Counted from the first letter of the stretch, positions 10,201-21,315 are shown. The stretch: 64,000 bases of DNA from an uncultured Candidatus Binatia bacterium (GCA_965218425.1 OZ244621.1:1632001-1696000); one strand, 5' to 3'. Numbers and translations are program-made. Notes: generated by a model not told the origin, from the sequence alone.

Positions 10201-10557
10201 ATGTCAGAATTGACGGAAGAGAAGTGTACCGCGTGTCGGGTTGATTCTCCCCATGTGACCGACTCAGAGATCAACCAACTCCAGCCCGGGATTCCAGAGT
10301 GGAAACTCATAGAGGAGGCAGGAATCCGAAAGCTTGAGCGTGCCTTTCGTTTTCCAAATTTTGTGAAAGCCCTCGCGTTTACCAATGGGATCGGAGAACT
10401 CGCTGAAGCTCAAGGCCATCACCCCCGGCTAACCACCGAATGGGGGAGAGTAAACGTCACCTGGTGGACACACAAGATTCGGGATCTGCACCGCAACGAC
10501 TTTATCATGGCCGCCAAAACGGATCGGCTTTACAGTGACACGTCCCCTTCCAGCTAA
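10201..10557 (+). CDS. phhB: Pterin-4-alpha-carbinolamine dehydratase
   Basis: [32 protein letters not shown]. Confidence 0.9.
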   Translation: MSELTEEKCTACRVDSPHVTDSEINQLQPGIPEWKLIEEAGIRKLERAFRFPNFVKALAFTNGIGELAEAQGHHPRLTTEWGRVNVTWWTHKIRDLHRNDFIMAAKTDRLYSDTSPSS

Positions 10558-10739
10558 AAGGGATAACGCCGGGGTATTGAATCGCTCATACAAACTACAC
10601 CAGCCCAAGGAGAACCGTTATTCAGCTCAATTTACCCATAGGAAATCGGGCCAGTGGAACGAAGCTGACCCTCCCGGACCTCCTCCAACGTGCTACGGGC
10701 GGGCAGAAGCTCAATCGGCGCACAACCTTTCGCCCTTCC

Positions 10740-12140
10740 TTGGCGTACCAGCTCCTCCACGACCCATTCTGGATATGGTGTGAGTATCACGCCCCGCGCT
10801 CAGAGGCAGTTGACGAAACTACTCGCTACCAAAAGATACGGATGCAGCAAGGAGTGGAATTTGAGCATGCCTGGATTCAAGCAAATTACCCAGAGGCGGT
10901 GACCATCAAACCGGCTTTCGGATTCGAGGCCTTGAAAAACACCTTGGAGGCGATCCTGGCGGGGGTCCCCGTCATTGCCCAACCACAACTGTGGGACTTG
11001 CAGGGAGGAACTTACGGGAAGGCGGATCTTTTAATCCGTGACGACTCCCGCGCCTCAGAGCTGGGTCCGTATCACTATTATCCGGTGGAGGTGAAAAGGT
11101 CCAAGTCTTTGCGGGAGTACCACGTCCTTCAAACAGCTTCCTACAACAGAATGATGGCACGAATCCAAGGGTATACCCCCGAAAGGCTCACGGTGGCTTT
11201 ACCCGAAAGGGAAGAGAAGGTTTTATACTCTGAAGCTGAGAAGCAATTGGATGAAAACCTTACCAGGTGGAAGGCCCTGCGCGATGGCCGGTGGGTCCCT
11301 GAGCCTGGACGGCCACCGGATGTCACAGACTCACCCTGGCGTCAATACGGTAACAGCCTGGTGGAGGCAAAAAAGGATCTCGTCCTCGTTGCCGGGCTTG
11401 GTGCACGGGAACGTGAGAAACTTCGCCGGGCGGGGATTGATCGCCTCGACCAACTGTGGAGCCTTCGGCTGGAAGAAACTCGTGAGATCCTTGGCGAGGG
11501 CCATGGGATGACGGCTTACTACGTCGCGCAGGCTTACAGAACTAACGGTCCCATCGCAAAGCCGGGGGCAAACCTCGTCATCCCCCGAGCCAAACGGCAT
11601 CTCTACTTTGATTTCGAGACTTCAGACGGGGTTCATCCCACAGAACCTCCACATGTCTATCTCATCGGATGTTGGGACGCCGAGCGGGACCGGTTCGTCA
11701 AATTTCTTGCTCGCGGGGCACAGGACGAAGCAAGAATCTTTACAGAGTTCCTTGATTATGTGGGTGAGGTGGAAACGACTCGCCTCTACCACTGGACCGA
11801 TTTCGAGATCAGGCAAATGTCCGCCGCCATGGACCGCTGTCCTACCCTGAGGGGGTCTATACAGGCGTTGCTCTCCTCCTGCGTTGACTTGAAGCCGTTG
11901 ATCCAATCGGCGGCATACCTTCCGGTGCCGACATTTTCAATCAAAAGTGTGGCGCCGGCGCTGGGATTTCACTGGCGACAGAAGGCCTTCGGGGCTTTCG
12001 AATCCATGGTTTGCTATTGGGATTACCTTGAAGACAGAGAAAAAGGCGAGATCAATAAAGCGGTCCTCTACAACGAAGACGACTGCGTGGCCATGTGGCA
12101 CATCGACCAGGAGCTTTCGAAACGGCTACCCCAACCGTAA
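10740..12140 (+). CDS. TM0106-family RecB-like nuclease with C-terminal RNase H-like domain
   Basis: GKADLL...PVEVKRS nuclease motif; YFDFET...YNEDDC RNase H-like motifs. Confidence 0.8.
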   Translation: MAYQLLHDPFWIWCEYHAPRSEAVDETTRYQKIRMQQGVEFEHAWIQANYPEAVTIKPAFGFEALKNTLEAILAGVPVIAQPQLWDLQGGTYGKADLLIRDDSRASELGPYHYYPVEVKRSKSLREYHVLQTASYNRMMARIQGYTPERLTVALPEREEKVLYSEAEKQLDENLTRWKALRDGRWVPEPGRPPDVTDSPWRQYGNSLVEAKKDLVLVAGLGAREREKLRRAGIDRLDQLWSLRLEETREILGEGHGMTAYYVAQAYRTNGPIAKPGANLVIPRAKRHLYFDFETSDGVHPTEPPHVYLIGCWDAERDRFVKFLARGAQDEARIFTEFLDYVGEVETTRLYHWTDFEIRQMSAAMDRCPTLRGSIQALLSSCVDLKPLIQSAAYLPVPTFSIKSVAPALGFHWRQKAFGAFESMVCYWDYLEDREKGEINKAVLYNEDDCVAMWHIDQELSKRLPQP

Positions 12141-12157
12141 GTTGAGTTGGTAAGGAA

Positions 12158-13060
12158 TCACTGCTGTAAGACCTTCAGCTTGGTATCAATGAATAGCTTG
12201 TGGGGAAAATCCAGCATGTAAGCGATTTTCCGGATCGCCTCTACTTCTTCGTGTGACATCTTTCCCTCGGCTTTGGACAGGGCAAAGATTCCCTCAATGA
12301 GAAGTTTCCGTTCAGCCATGGGCATGATGCGTTTCACTTCCTGAACTAACCGGTGAAGATCCACTCCCTGGCGGACAGTCTCCAGGGCCACCTCAATTAC
12401 CGCTCCAACCGCTGCTTCCGAGATTCCCCAAATCTCAAAAAGGATTTTTTTCATATAGGCTTCTTCCTGAGGCAAAAAGTCATTGTCCACATAACCTACT
12501 CGGGCCAAAAGCGCTGCGCTCAGGGTCAGTCTTTTGAGTTTATCCGGGGTTCCCTCTTTCTCCAGCAGTTTCGAACCCAGTCGGCGACGCAATTTAAACA
12601 GAACACGATTGTGGATAAAGTCATGAAGATCCGCTTCGCGGCTACCGTCCTGAGCTTCTTGGGTCGTGCCGCCGACCCTGAGAAGGCTCTTCAGCCCGTC
12701 CAAAAGAAACGCGGCCCCTTTGCTTTCAGCTACCACCTCCTCCAGAGCGCTCAGCCACTCCTTTTCCTGAGGTGTAAAACGTTCATTGCCCTGAAGAAGA
12801 TCCTTCACGGCCTTCATAAGGATTTCACGTTCTTTCTTGCGGCGGGCGCTTGAAAGGAAACGCCGCGTCACCTCTTTCATCTCCGCCAATGGAACTTTCT
12901 CAACTAAATACATTTCCATCTGCGCCCAATCGTCCCCGCTCAAATCAAACTTTCGCACAAACTGCTTGATGAAGTTCATTTCCTCCGCTGTCACTTCTTC
13001 GTCCGCCCACGCCACGCACGCGAGGACCTTCAAAAATTCCACCTCTGTTGATGATGCCAT
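12158..13060 (-). CDS. TerB-family protein with two TerB-like domains
   Basis: VAWADEEVTAEEMNFI and VDNDFLPQEEAY...AEGKMSHEEVEAIRKIA. Confidence 0.7.
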   Translation of the reverse strand: MASSTEVEFLKVLACVAWADEEVTAEEMNFIKQFVRKFDLSGDDWAQMEMYLVEKVPLAEMKEVTRRFLSSARRKKEREILMKAVKDLLQGNERFTPQEKEWLSALEEVVAESKGAAFLLDGLKSLLRVGGTTQEAQDGSREADLHDFIHNRVLFKLRRRLGSKLLEKEGTPDKLKRLTLSAALLARVGYVDNDFLPQEEAYMKKILFEIWGISEAAVGAVIEVALETVRQGVDLHRLVQEVKRIMPMAERKLLIEGIFALSKAEGKMSHEEVEAIRKIAYMLDFPHKLFIDTKLKVLQQ

Positions 13061-13146
13061 AACCCTCAGACCTCTCCGTCTAATTCCGTAAGGTTACCTA
13101 CCGCTCCTTGGGGAGGCGGCCCGTTTTAATAGAGGACTTATCCACC

Positions 13147-14239
13147 TATTGAGAACCGCATAATATAGTAACATTGGATAAGAACTAATGTATAGTGGTG
13201 GTATGGGAAACCCACTTGGAGTGCGACGGGACTTTGAAGCATTGGAGCGGCGGCGGATGGAGGTGGGGAGGCTGTTGAAGCGAGGGCTGTCGGAGGCGGA
13301 GGTGGCGCGTTGGGTGGGAGTGCACCGCCAGTCGGTGAATCGATGGGCGCGGCAGTTGGCCGAGAGCGGCAGAGCCGGGCTCAAGCAGGCGGGGCGTGCC
13401 GGACGCAAGCCGCGACTGAGCCCGGCGGATCTGAAGAAGATCGAGGGCGGTTTGAAACGGGGACCCGAAGCGCTGGGGTACGACACGAGCCTGTGGACCG
13501 CAAGGCGAGTGGCCCACTTGATTGGGGAAGCCTGCGGAGTCACATACCATCCGGGCCATGTTTGGCGGATATTGCGGCAGTTGGGGTGGAGTTGCCAGCG
13601 GCCGACGGGACGTGCCTTGGAACGAGATGAAGAGGCGATCCGGCAGTGGAAGAAGAAGCGCTGGCCGGAGATTAAAAAAAAGCCCGAAACGAGGGGCGAA
13701 CCATAGTGTTCGTGGACGAAAGCGGGCTGAGCGAGCGGCCGAATCGGTATCGTACGTGGTCGCCCCGAGGACAGACGCCAGTGCTGCAATATCACTTCAA
13801 CTGGAAGAGTCTGTCGGCCATCGCCGGAGTCACCTGGTGGCGCTTGTACTTTCGAGTGTATCCGGGAGCCATCAAGAGCCCCCAGATCATCGAATTCCTG
13901 AAGCACTTGATGCGTCATGTTTCCGGGCCGCTGCTGGTAGTGTGGGACGGACTGCCCAGCCACCGGAGCCGGTTGGTTCGGGACTTTGTTGCCGCTACCG
14001 AAGGCGCGTTGGTGCTGGAACGGTTGCCGGCCTATGCACCGGAACTGAATCCCGTCGAATACCTCTGGGGATACTGGAAGCATCATGAACTGCCCAACTT
14101 CTGTGCCAAGGACTTCGCTCAACTCAGCCACCATGCTCGTCGCGCCCTTTGCCGAATGCGCCGCAGGCCTCGTCTCGTTACCGCCTTCTGGAAACAGTCC
14201 AGCCTTTTCTGATGTCATTATATTATACGAGGATCAATA
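13147..14239 (+). mobile_element. IS630-family insertion sequence
   Basis: Imperfect terminal IRs (21/28 including the flanking TA), TA at both ends, two-ORF transposase. Confidence 0.9.
13203..14212 (+). CDS. IS630 transposase via -1 frameshift (HTH ORF + DDE ORF)
   Basis: A8 run at 13674-13681; -1 frame reads KARNEGRTIVFVDESG...WDG...PELNPVE. Confidence 0.85.
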
Positions 14240-14617
14240 AGAACCGGTAAATTCAGGAAAGGACTTACCCATAGAAAATAAGTGGGTCGCTTTCTTAACA
14301 GATGGCGGGCACTCCCTTGGGAAGGTAGGATTCTCGCAAGCCCTTCCTCCGCTTTTCCTTCGTAACAGGTTATCCCCAAAATACTCAATGTTATCCTAAA
14401 CACGAGAAAGAGCAACAAAGTGGAAGAAAATCAGGCACTCAGATTTTCGTCCGCGCAGGACAGGCCGGAGCGTTTGTTAAGCGTTTGGAACATTAATAAT
14501 TTATGGTTTCGGTATTGCCTAGGCTTTCGTGTTTCGTATTTAGGATTTTCACTTGGGTTCGTCGCGGCGCGATGAACCTTGCTAAAGTCTTTCTTCTGAG
14601 CACGTTTTTGGTAAGAA

Positions 14618-15244
14618 TCAACTAGAGACAAGAAGCGTTCGTAAATCTTCCAAGATGACCTTGGCGTCAGGGGCCGTACCATCGTAGGTAATCCGGACAA
14701 TTCCCTCTTTGTCCACCAGCGCGGTCAGTGAGGTATGACTTACCAGTCCGCGAGCCTTCCTTAGCACCTTGATCCCGAAGGCCTTCCAAACAAAGGCGAG
14801 CTGCCGGGCGTTTCCGGTGAGCAATGACCAGTTGGTGAAATTCACCTGGTGGCGTTCGGCGTAGGACTTTAGAACCTCTGGTTTATCCACCTCAGGATCC
14901 GTAGTGACTGAAAGTAGATAAACGGATTTTCGCTCTTTTCCACTCAACTCTTTTTGCACCGATGTCATACTAATCGTAGCCAGAGAACAAACGTCCGGGC
15001 AAGTGGTGTAGACGAATGACAAAAGGACCACCTTACCCCTGAGGGTCTTGAACTCAAAGATCTCTCCCCTTTGGTTCGTCAGGGAAAAACCCGGGATAGG
15101 CAAATTGACCTTGCGCCGCACGGCCTCATGCGCGCTGGAGCCCGACGCGGGGTGGTGAGCCTTCACCACCAACCAACCCCCAAGGACCAAACATCCCGTG
15201 GCCCAAAGGATCATAAGGACTGTGAACTCTTTCCTTTGTCTCAT
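14618..15244 (-). CDS. SCO1/SenC family copper-binding protein
   Basis: CPDVC motif, DPEVD, conserved His (SHTS). Confidence 0.88.
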   Translation of the reverse strand: MRQRKEFTVLMILWATGCLVLGGWLVVKAHHPASGSSAHEAVRRKVNLPIPGFSLTNQRGEIFEFKTLRGKVVLLSFVYTTCPDVCSLATISMTSVQKELSGKERKSVYLLSVTTDPEVDKPEVLKSYAERHQVNFTNWSLLTGNARQLAFVWKAFGIKVLRKARGLVSHTSLTALVDKEGIVRITYDGTAPDAKVILEDLRTLLVSS

Positions 15245-15678
15245 CCGTCTTTCCCGTTTTTGGACGGATCGTAACCGTACACGTACTGCCAAGGCACACT
15301 ACAGTGGGCCCATAGGAGGGGCTCAAATTTCTCCCACCAATCAGGGTTACGACCCTCCAGGCTTAGAATCCGTACGAAGCGCACCATGTCCTGAATTTCA
15401 TAATTCTGTAGCGCGGGCCCAAAGGCAGGCATAACACCCTTCCCGCTTCTGATCACGCTGCGAATTTGAATCACGCTTTTCTGCTTTACCGTGTCCCTGA
15501 AATCTGGAACGGGATCTGGCAGGGATGCGGCAACGGGGCCATCCCCCCTTCCGGACGGACCATGACAACCCAGACAGCGTTGGCCATAATTGAGCTGCAT
15601 TTCCTCTTTACGCAGACAGCCGGCCAGAAAGAATGCGATCCCGCATAACATGAGGATTCGAACGATCACATAACGCAT
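15241..15678 (-). CDS. Monoheme c-type cytochrome lipoprotein
   Basis: Lipobox LAGC, CLGCHG heme motif, MPAFG axial Met; ATGA overlap with SCO gene. Confidence 0.85.
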   Translation of the reverse strand: MRYVIVRILMLCGIAFFLAGCLRKEEMQLNYGQRCLGCHGPSGRGDGPVAASLPDPVPDFRDTVKQKSVIQIRSVIRSGKGVMPAFGPALQNYEIQDMVRFVRILSLEGRNPDWWEKFEPLLWAHCSVPWQYVYGYDPSKNGKDG

Positions 15679-15982
15679 CTTCACCCAGCACCCTGCCTTT
15701 TCTACCATAGGCCCCGTACCCTTGCCAGGAACGCGCTCCAAGGGAGAATTATTGGCTATCATAAGAAATGTGCATCGCTTAACGGACACCAACCATAAGA
15801 GCTGGAAGGATCGTTCCGAGATAAACCCCGAACCACGGATTTACGTCCGTGACTTGAGGCACTTCCCTTCGGGGAAGTTCGCAACATTCATCCCCGGACT
15901 CAGGTCCCGGACGTTGTGTGGTTCGGGGCAAAAAGCAGCAGATGGTGTTGGGGACAAGTCCAGCTTGAATGCTACCAGACCA

Positions 15983-16483
15983 TTATATGGCCTGGTACTC
16001 AAAGCGGCGGACCTTTTCCGTATTTTTCCCCTCGATTCGTACGAGCTTCGTGGCGGCTTCACGCCTGGGCGAGTGCAGGTCACCCTCATTGTACAAATGC
16101 GCCATGCCGGGTTTGAGCAGGTATGTCCCGGCCATGCGCACCTTACCTGCTTTACCTTCCGCTGCCGGCTCCACAAGCTCCCAGTCGGTCATTTCCGTCT
16201 GGCCTGCCGCTTGACCGTAAATCGCCCACACGGGGCCATGGTCGTGAGGGTTACTCGCCTTAGCGCCCTTGTTGTAATGGGCCAGGATACAGAAACCCAA
16301 TTCTGGATCTTCATAAATAATCTTGCGGTCCGGCGCGTCTTCACCGAACTGCTTGGCAATAAACTCTTGATCCTGCAACACCTCCTCCAACAGGGCGCAC
16401 ACCTTTTTCCGTCCTTGCGGGCCGGGTTCGGATTTAAGAATTCGATGACATTCTTCGGCAAACTGTTCCAGCGTACAGACCAT
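15983..16483 (-). CDS. Cysteine dioxygenase-like cupin protein
   Basis: PHDHGPVWAIYG and LHSP metal-binding motifs; GGAGG RBS. Confidence 0.7.
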   Translation of the reverse strand: MVCTLEQFAEECHRILKSEPGPQGRKKVCALLEEVLQDQEFIAKQFGEDAPDRKIIYEDPELGFCILAHYNKGAKASNPHDHGPVWAIYGQAAGQTEMTDWELVEPAAEGKAGKVRMAGTYLLKPGMAHLYNEGDLHSPRREAATKLVRIEGKNTEKVRRFEYQAI

Positions 16484-16748
16484 AATTGAACCTCCGTGAA
16501 ATGGTACCATTTTTTACGTCATGACACAGGAATAGTAAAGGGCAAATCCCTTCGAGACGGATTAATGGGCACAGTATACTTGAAGGCGATTATACCCTCA
16601 GCATAAGGGTGGCGCTGGGTGTCGGGCGGGTAGAGGGACCTTCGCAACTCATACGCCGTGGGTCAGATCGGCTGCTTGAGAAACATTACACTAGGCCGTA
16701 GAATCAGTTTGGTTGAAATCTGCAGCTACGGCTTTGAGGAGACCAAAA

Positions 16749-17148
16749 ATGATTATGGAACCTGAGCAGGAACAGTTTCTTTACAAGCATCGCTTCGGTG
16801 TGCTCTCCACCCTCAAGAGGAACGGCGCCCCCCAAGCGACACCGGTCTACTACCTTTACGAGGACGGGAAGATCCTCATCTCGGCCAATCAGTGGAAGTA
16901 CAAGACCCGCAACGTCCAGCGCGACCCCAGAGTTACCCTGTGCGTCCTGGACGAAGGGCCTAGGAACCGCTACCTTCAGGTTTCGGGAAGGGCTGTCGTC
17001 ACGGAGAGGGATCTGGTGGAAACCAGCACCCGCATCTTCAGCCGCTTCCGCTCCGAGATCCGTGAAGACTTCCCGGAGTGGCTCTAAGGAGCAACAGCGG
17101 GTCATCCTGGTGCTTACCCCACAACAGGTGGCTCCACGCCCTCGGTAA
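16749..17148 (+). pseudogene. PPOX-class F420-dependent oxidoreductase, frameshifted near the C-terminus
   Basis: LSTLKRNGAPQATPV...KTRNVQRDPRVTL; stop at 17087, but the typical tail KEQQRVILVLTP continues in another frame. Confidence 0.7.
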
Positions 17149-17201
17149 CGACAAACTAAATCCATCTCCTTTTCTCAGAAACCATCTAGATGATCAGCTG
17201 C

Positions 17202-17231
17202 TTGACAGAAAGGGCCCGGAGGCTTTATATT
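17202..17231 (+). promoter_or_regulatory. Sigma70-like promoter (TTGACA-N18-TATATT)
   Basis: Consensus match upstream of ATG 17291. Confidence 0.45.
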
Positions 17232-17290
17232 ATGCTACACAGCATTATGTGTTTCTACATAATGCTCTTCTACTGCCCCTGGAGACCTCC

Positions 17291-18427
17291 ATGCAAAACC
17301 CGTTCAAATTCGGTTCCGTGGTAACCGGCAGCGATTTTGCCGATCGCCGGCGAGAACGGGCTGAGCTGGCAAAGGAACTTACCGATGGACAGCACCTGTT
17401 TCTTCTTTCGCCGCGCAGGTTCGGCAAGACTTCTCTGATATTGACCGTGCTCGATTCCCTGGATTCTCGGGGCATGACGGTCGCCTATCTGGACACCTTT
17501 CGCACCACCACCCCAGTGCAGATGCTTGAACTGATGGCTCGAACCCTCCTCAGGGCGGCGGAGTCTCGGCCCGAGCGTTTGTTGCGTCTTGCCATGAATC
17601 TTCTAGGGCGACTTCGTCCACAGGTGGGCACGGACTCCGAGGGCAACTCCACCCTCTCTTTCGACATTGGCGCTTCGCCTCGTAGCGTCCTGGCCCTTCA
17701 GGAGGAAGTGTTGACCCTGCCGGAACGGTTGGCTACGGAGCGCAAGAAGCACCTGGTGCTCTGCATCGACGAGTTCCAGGAGATCCAACGCTTCCCCGGT
17801 GGCGGGCTGGAAAAGGCCATGCGGTCCCATTTCCAGCGGCATCGCCACGTGAGCTACCTTTTTGCCGGTTCCAAGGAGAGTGCCCTGAGGGAAATGGCCA
17901 CCCGCGAGCGTAGTCCCTTCTACAAATTCGGCCGGCTACTCTCCCTCGGTGCCATCCCGCAGGACGAATTCCTGCCTTTCATGGAAACGCGCTTCAAACG
18001 GGGTCGATTGAACACCACGAGTGAGGTACTGGAGGCGATCCTGGCCGCAGCGGATGATGTTCCATACAATGTCCAGCGGCTGTGCCACCAAATATGGGCT
18101 GACCATGCCGGGCAGTCCAAGCGCATCACGGAGAAAGATATCGGCGACGCCCTAGCAACCATATTGGATCAAGACAATTCCTACTTCAGCGCCCTTTGGG
18201 ATGGTCTTTCTCTACACCAACGACAGGTTCTCCAAGCCATCACCAGGGCCGGTGGCCGGAATGTGTTTGCGAGCGAATTTCTCACTGCCCACCGACTGGG
18301 CTCCCATTCCTCCGTCCAAACATCGTTAAAGAAAATGCTCAAAGAGCAAATTGTGATTAAAGTGGACGGCGAGTACCGCATTGCCGACGCATTTTTCCGA
18401 GAGTGGATTGGAACCCGACTCCCCTAG
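17291..18427 (+). CDS. Archaeal-type AAA/STAND ATPase with C-terminal winged helix
   Basis: MQNPF start, FADRRRE, Walker A SPRRFGKTS, Walker B IDEFQ, FAGS. Confidence 0.85.
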   Translation: MQNPFKFGSVVTGSDFADRRRERAELAKELTDGQHLFLLSPRRFGKTSLILTVLDSLDSRGMTVAYLDTFRTTTPVQMLELMARTLLRAAESRPERLLRLAMNLLGRLRPQVGTDSEGNSTLSFDIGASPRSVLALQEEVLTLPERLATERKKHLVLCIDEFQEIQRFPGGGLEKAMRSHFQRHRHVSYLFAGSKESALREMATRERSPFYKFGRLLSLGAIPQDEFLPFMETRFKRGRLNTTSEVLEAILAAADDVPYNVQRLCHQIWADHAGQSKRITEKDIGDALATILDQDNSYFSALWDGLSLHQRQVLQAITRAGGRNVFASEFLTAHRLGSHSSVQTSLKKMLKEQIVIKVDGEYRIADAFFREWIGTRLP

Positions 18428-18575
18428 ATTTCTTCCCAGAGGTACCACAAGGGAGACATTGGCAAAATTCCTTTGTTGCGTGAAAAGAGCTTGACCTGGC
18501 ACCATGGGGATTCTAATAGGACCTCACAGGCAAACTTCATTCGAAGGCTGCCTATAACAGTGAAGGGACGGACCT

Positions 18576-19376
18576 ATGAAAGACTTCGGACTCGACGGAA
18601 AGGTTGTGCTCATTACCGGCGGTGGCGGCGTTCTGGGAACTGCCTTCGCCCAGGGCTTTGCGGACTTCGGGGCAAAGTTGGCGGTCAATGATTTAAAGCG
18701 ACACAGGGCGGTGGAGGCCATACAAAAACTCGTGGGGAAAGATAATCACGCCCTGCCCCTGCAAGCCGACATGTCCAAGGACGATGAAGTGGCACACATG
18801 GTGGCGGAGGTGATTGAACACTACGGGACCATCGATATCTTGGTGAACGCCGCTGCCGTGCAGATCTATCCCGGGAAAGAGATCACCGAACTGGAACCAA
18901 AGGAATGGGATTTTGTGTTAAACATCGGACTCAAGGCGGCCTACCTTAGCACTCGCCATGTGATCCCGATCTTCAAATCCAACGGTGGTGGAAAGATTGT
19001 CAACATCGCCTCCATTGCGGGCCATCGCGGATCGCCGGGCGGCTCTGCCTACACGGCCGCGAAAGGCGGTGTCATTGCCCTGACACGCCAGATGGCGGTG
19101 GAGCTTGGTCCTCACCATATCAATGTCAACTCCGTCAGTCCGGGTTTCACGCCGAATCGTTTGACCACCGTTTACGAGTATCAGGCAATGATGGGAGGGA
19201 CCGATCAGCCGCCGGCCCCTTCTACGGGGACCTCGGCAATGAGCCCGCCACCACTGGGAAGAAAGGGAGCCATCGATGATTTTGTCGGGCCGGTGCTGTT
19301 CCTAGCGTCCCGCTGGGCTGATTTTATCACTGGCGTTGATCTGCCGGTCGAGGGGGGCAGGCTCGCCGCTAGATAG
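18576..19376 (+). CDS. SDR-family oxidoreductase
   Basis: TGGGGVLG, NIASIAG, YTAAK catalytic motif. Confidence 0.92.
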   Translation: MKDFGLDGKVVLITGGGGVLGTAFAQGFADFGAKLAVNDLKRHRAVEAIQKLVGKDNHALPLQADMSKDDEVAHMVAEVIEHYGTIDILVNAAAVQIYPGKEITELEPKEWDFVLNIGLKAAYLSTRHVIPIFKSNGGGKIVNIASIAGHRGSPGGSAYTAAKGGVIALTRQMAVELGPHHINVNSVSPGFTPNRLTTVYEYQAMMGGTDQPPAPSTGTSAMSPPPLGRKGAIDDFVGPVLFLASRWADFITGVDLPVEGGRLAAR

Positions 19377-19731
19377 CGCTTCTTGCCAATTACCAGGGAC
19401 TTGATCTCACAACGTTGCACTCACAACGGGTTTGCCACAGTGAGCCCCTTCGTACTTGAACGCTTTTCCATAGGGTTTTGGCCTGCGTTCAAAATAGACC
19501 AAGTGGGATGGGCATCGACAATCCGAGGAACCGAAGCCAGGGATCAACGTCTTCGCTCCTGGCAAGGCCGCGTCTAGCGCTTCCTGTGTGTACGTAATAC
19601 CCGGACGGGTAGCCTCTTGGGCCTAGACTACCGGCTCGGAGCCTTCTAGCCCTAGGCATATTTAAGCACGAGACGATAGAGCCCCCCGGTGTTTCTCTCG
19701 CATGAGCTGTGACATTGAATGGACTTTCATG

Positions 19732-19813
19732 AAGCCTCCACGGGCTTACGCCCGTGGTATCCTTCATGTCTTCGGCGGAATCCGCCGAAGCGGCTTAGGC
19801 TGCGAAGGCGGAT
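19732..19813. repeat. Palindromic dispersed repeat, copy 1 (IS200/IS605-end-like MITE)
   Basis: 36 nt identical to 42564-42599; hairpins CCACGGGC-TTAC-GCCCGTGG and TTCGGCGG-AAT-CCGCCGAA. Confidence 0.75.
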
Positions 19814-19938
19814 AAAACCTGAGCGGGAGAGGTTACCATTGCAGATCAGAACGTTAAACTGTTAAAGAAACATGAAACACGGCTAAGAATTTTTCGCAGG
19901 TCATTTCCCTTGTTGCACCGACGAAGTTTCAACCTCTG

Positions 19939-21315
19939 ATGCAACCTACCGAACTCAAGAGAGAGCTTGGTGTCTTTGACTCCGTCATGCTTATCGCGGG
20001 GAGCACCATTGGCATCGGCATCTTTGTCACCACGGGCTTCATCGCCCAACAGATTTCCTCCCCTGGGATCATCCTCTTTATCTGGCTCATGGGCGGCCTC
20101 CTGCCCATAGCCGGCGCGCTGAGCTGCGCAGAGCTCGGCGCCAGTCTCCCCTATGCGGGGGGAGACTACGTCTACCTCAGAGAGGCCTACGGACCCCTGA
20201 TGGGTTTCCTATCCGGATGGGCCAGCTTTTTTGTTACCTTTTCGGGTTCCGCCGCTTCTTTGGCGGTGGGTTTCACCCAATTCATCGCCTTTTTTGTTCC
20301 CCCACTTGAACGCACACGAACTTTACTTACCGTGGAGTTATGGGGCTTTTCGTACCACCTCACCTTGGCTTCGATATTTTCCATCGGTATCGTTCTGTTT
20401 CTCTCGGGGATTCAGGTGGTGGGGATCAGGCAGGGAAGTCGGGTGCAGAATCTCTTGACGCTGTTAAAAATTGGATCTCTGCTGTTTATTATTCTTCTAG
20501 GTCTCAGTCTGGGAAACGGGCGCATGGCTCATTTCTCTCCTTTCCTAGATTTCTCACAAATCAATCATTGGAGCTCCCTTGGAGCCGCCTTCATTCCAGT
20601 CATCTTCACCTATGCGGGATGGAACGCGGTGATCTATGTGGCCGGTGAGGTCAAGAGGCCCGCAACGGATCTTCCTCGGTCCCTCATCCTGGCTAATCTC
20701 GTGGTGATCTCACTTTACCTGGTCATCAATGCCGTCTACCTTTACGGCGTTCCAACGGAAAGCATGCAAGGAGTTGTGCGGGTGGCCGAAGTGGCTACCA
20801 CGGCACTATTCGGTTACGGCACTTCCGCATGGATTACCGCACTCATTGCCCTTTCTATCCTGGGTGCCATGAACGCCATTATCATGACCGGGCCAAGGAT
20901 TTACTATGCCATGGCCCGGGACCGTACCTTCTTCTACCGTCTGGCAAAGATCCACCCTCGATTTTACACTCCTTCCAACGCGATACTCTTACAAGCGCTC
21001 TGGACTTCCATCCTCGTACTTACAGGGACCTTCGAAACCTTATTGACCTATGTGACCGTTGTCATCGTGCTGTTCTCCGCCCTTACGGTGGGGTCGGTTC
21101 TAGTACTTAGAATCGCGCAACCGCAACTCCCGCGCCCTTACCGCAGTTGGGGCTATCCGTGGGTCCCCACTTTTTTCATCCTTGCCAACTTGGCTATCGC
21201 CATGGCCACCCTTTGGGAAAAGCCTCTGGAGTCTCTGCTGGGCGCGGGCATCGTGGCTCTCGGCATTCCAGCCTATTGCCTCTGGTCCAGGCGCCGTGAG
21301 CCAGAACGTCCCTGA
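19939..21315 (+). CDS. APC-family amino acid permease
   Basis: GSTIGIGIF, AELGASLPYAGGDYVYL, FTYAGWN; many TM helices. Confidence 0.92.
   Translation: MQPTELKRELGVFDSVMLIAGSTIGIGIFVTTGFIAQQISSPGIILFIWLMGGLLPIAGALSCAELGASLPYAGGDYVYLREAYGPLMGFLSGWASFFVTFSGSAASLAVGFTQFIAFFVPPLERTRTLLTVELWGFSYHLTLASIFSIGIVLFLSGIQVVGIRQGSRVQNLLTLLKIGSLLFIILLGLSLGNGRMAHFSPFLDFSQINHWSSLGAAFIPVIFTYAGWNAVIYVAGEVKRPATDLPRSLILANLVVISLYLVINAVYLYGVPTESMQGVVRVAEVATTALFGYGTSAWITALIALSILGAMNAIIMTGPRIYYAMARDRTFFYRLAKIHPRFYTPSNAILLQALWTSILVLTGTFETLLTYVTVVIVLFSALTVGSVLVLRIAQPQLPRPYRSWGYPWVPTFFILANLAIAMATLWEKPLESLLGAGIVALGIPAYCLWSRRREPERP

Noticed and set aside
13094..14218. 374-aa minus-strand ORF
   Set aside because: Antisense to the IS630 transposase
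15722..16489. 255-aa + strand ORF
   Set aside because: Antisense to the cupin gene, which has clear motifs and an RBS
19380..19730. Possible omegaRNA/HEARO or retron ncRNA beside the palindromic repeat
   Set aside because: No recognisable conserved motifs and no TnpB, IscB or RT nearby; an Infernal search would be needed
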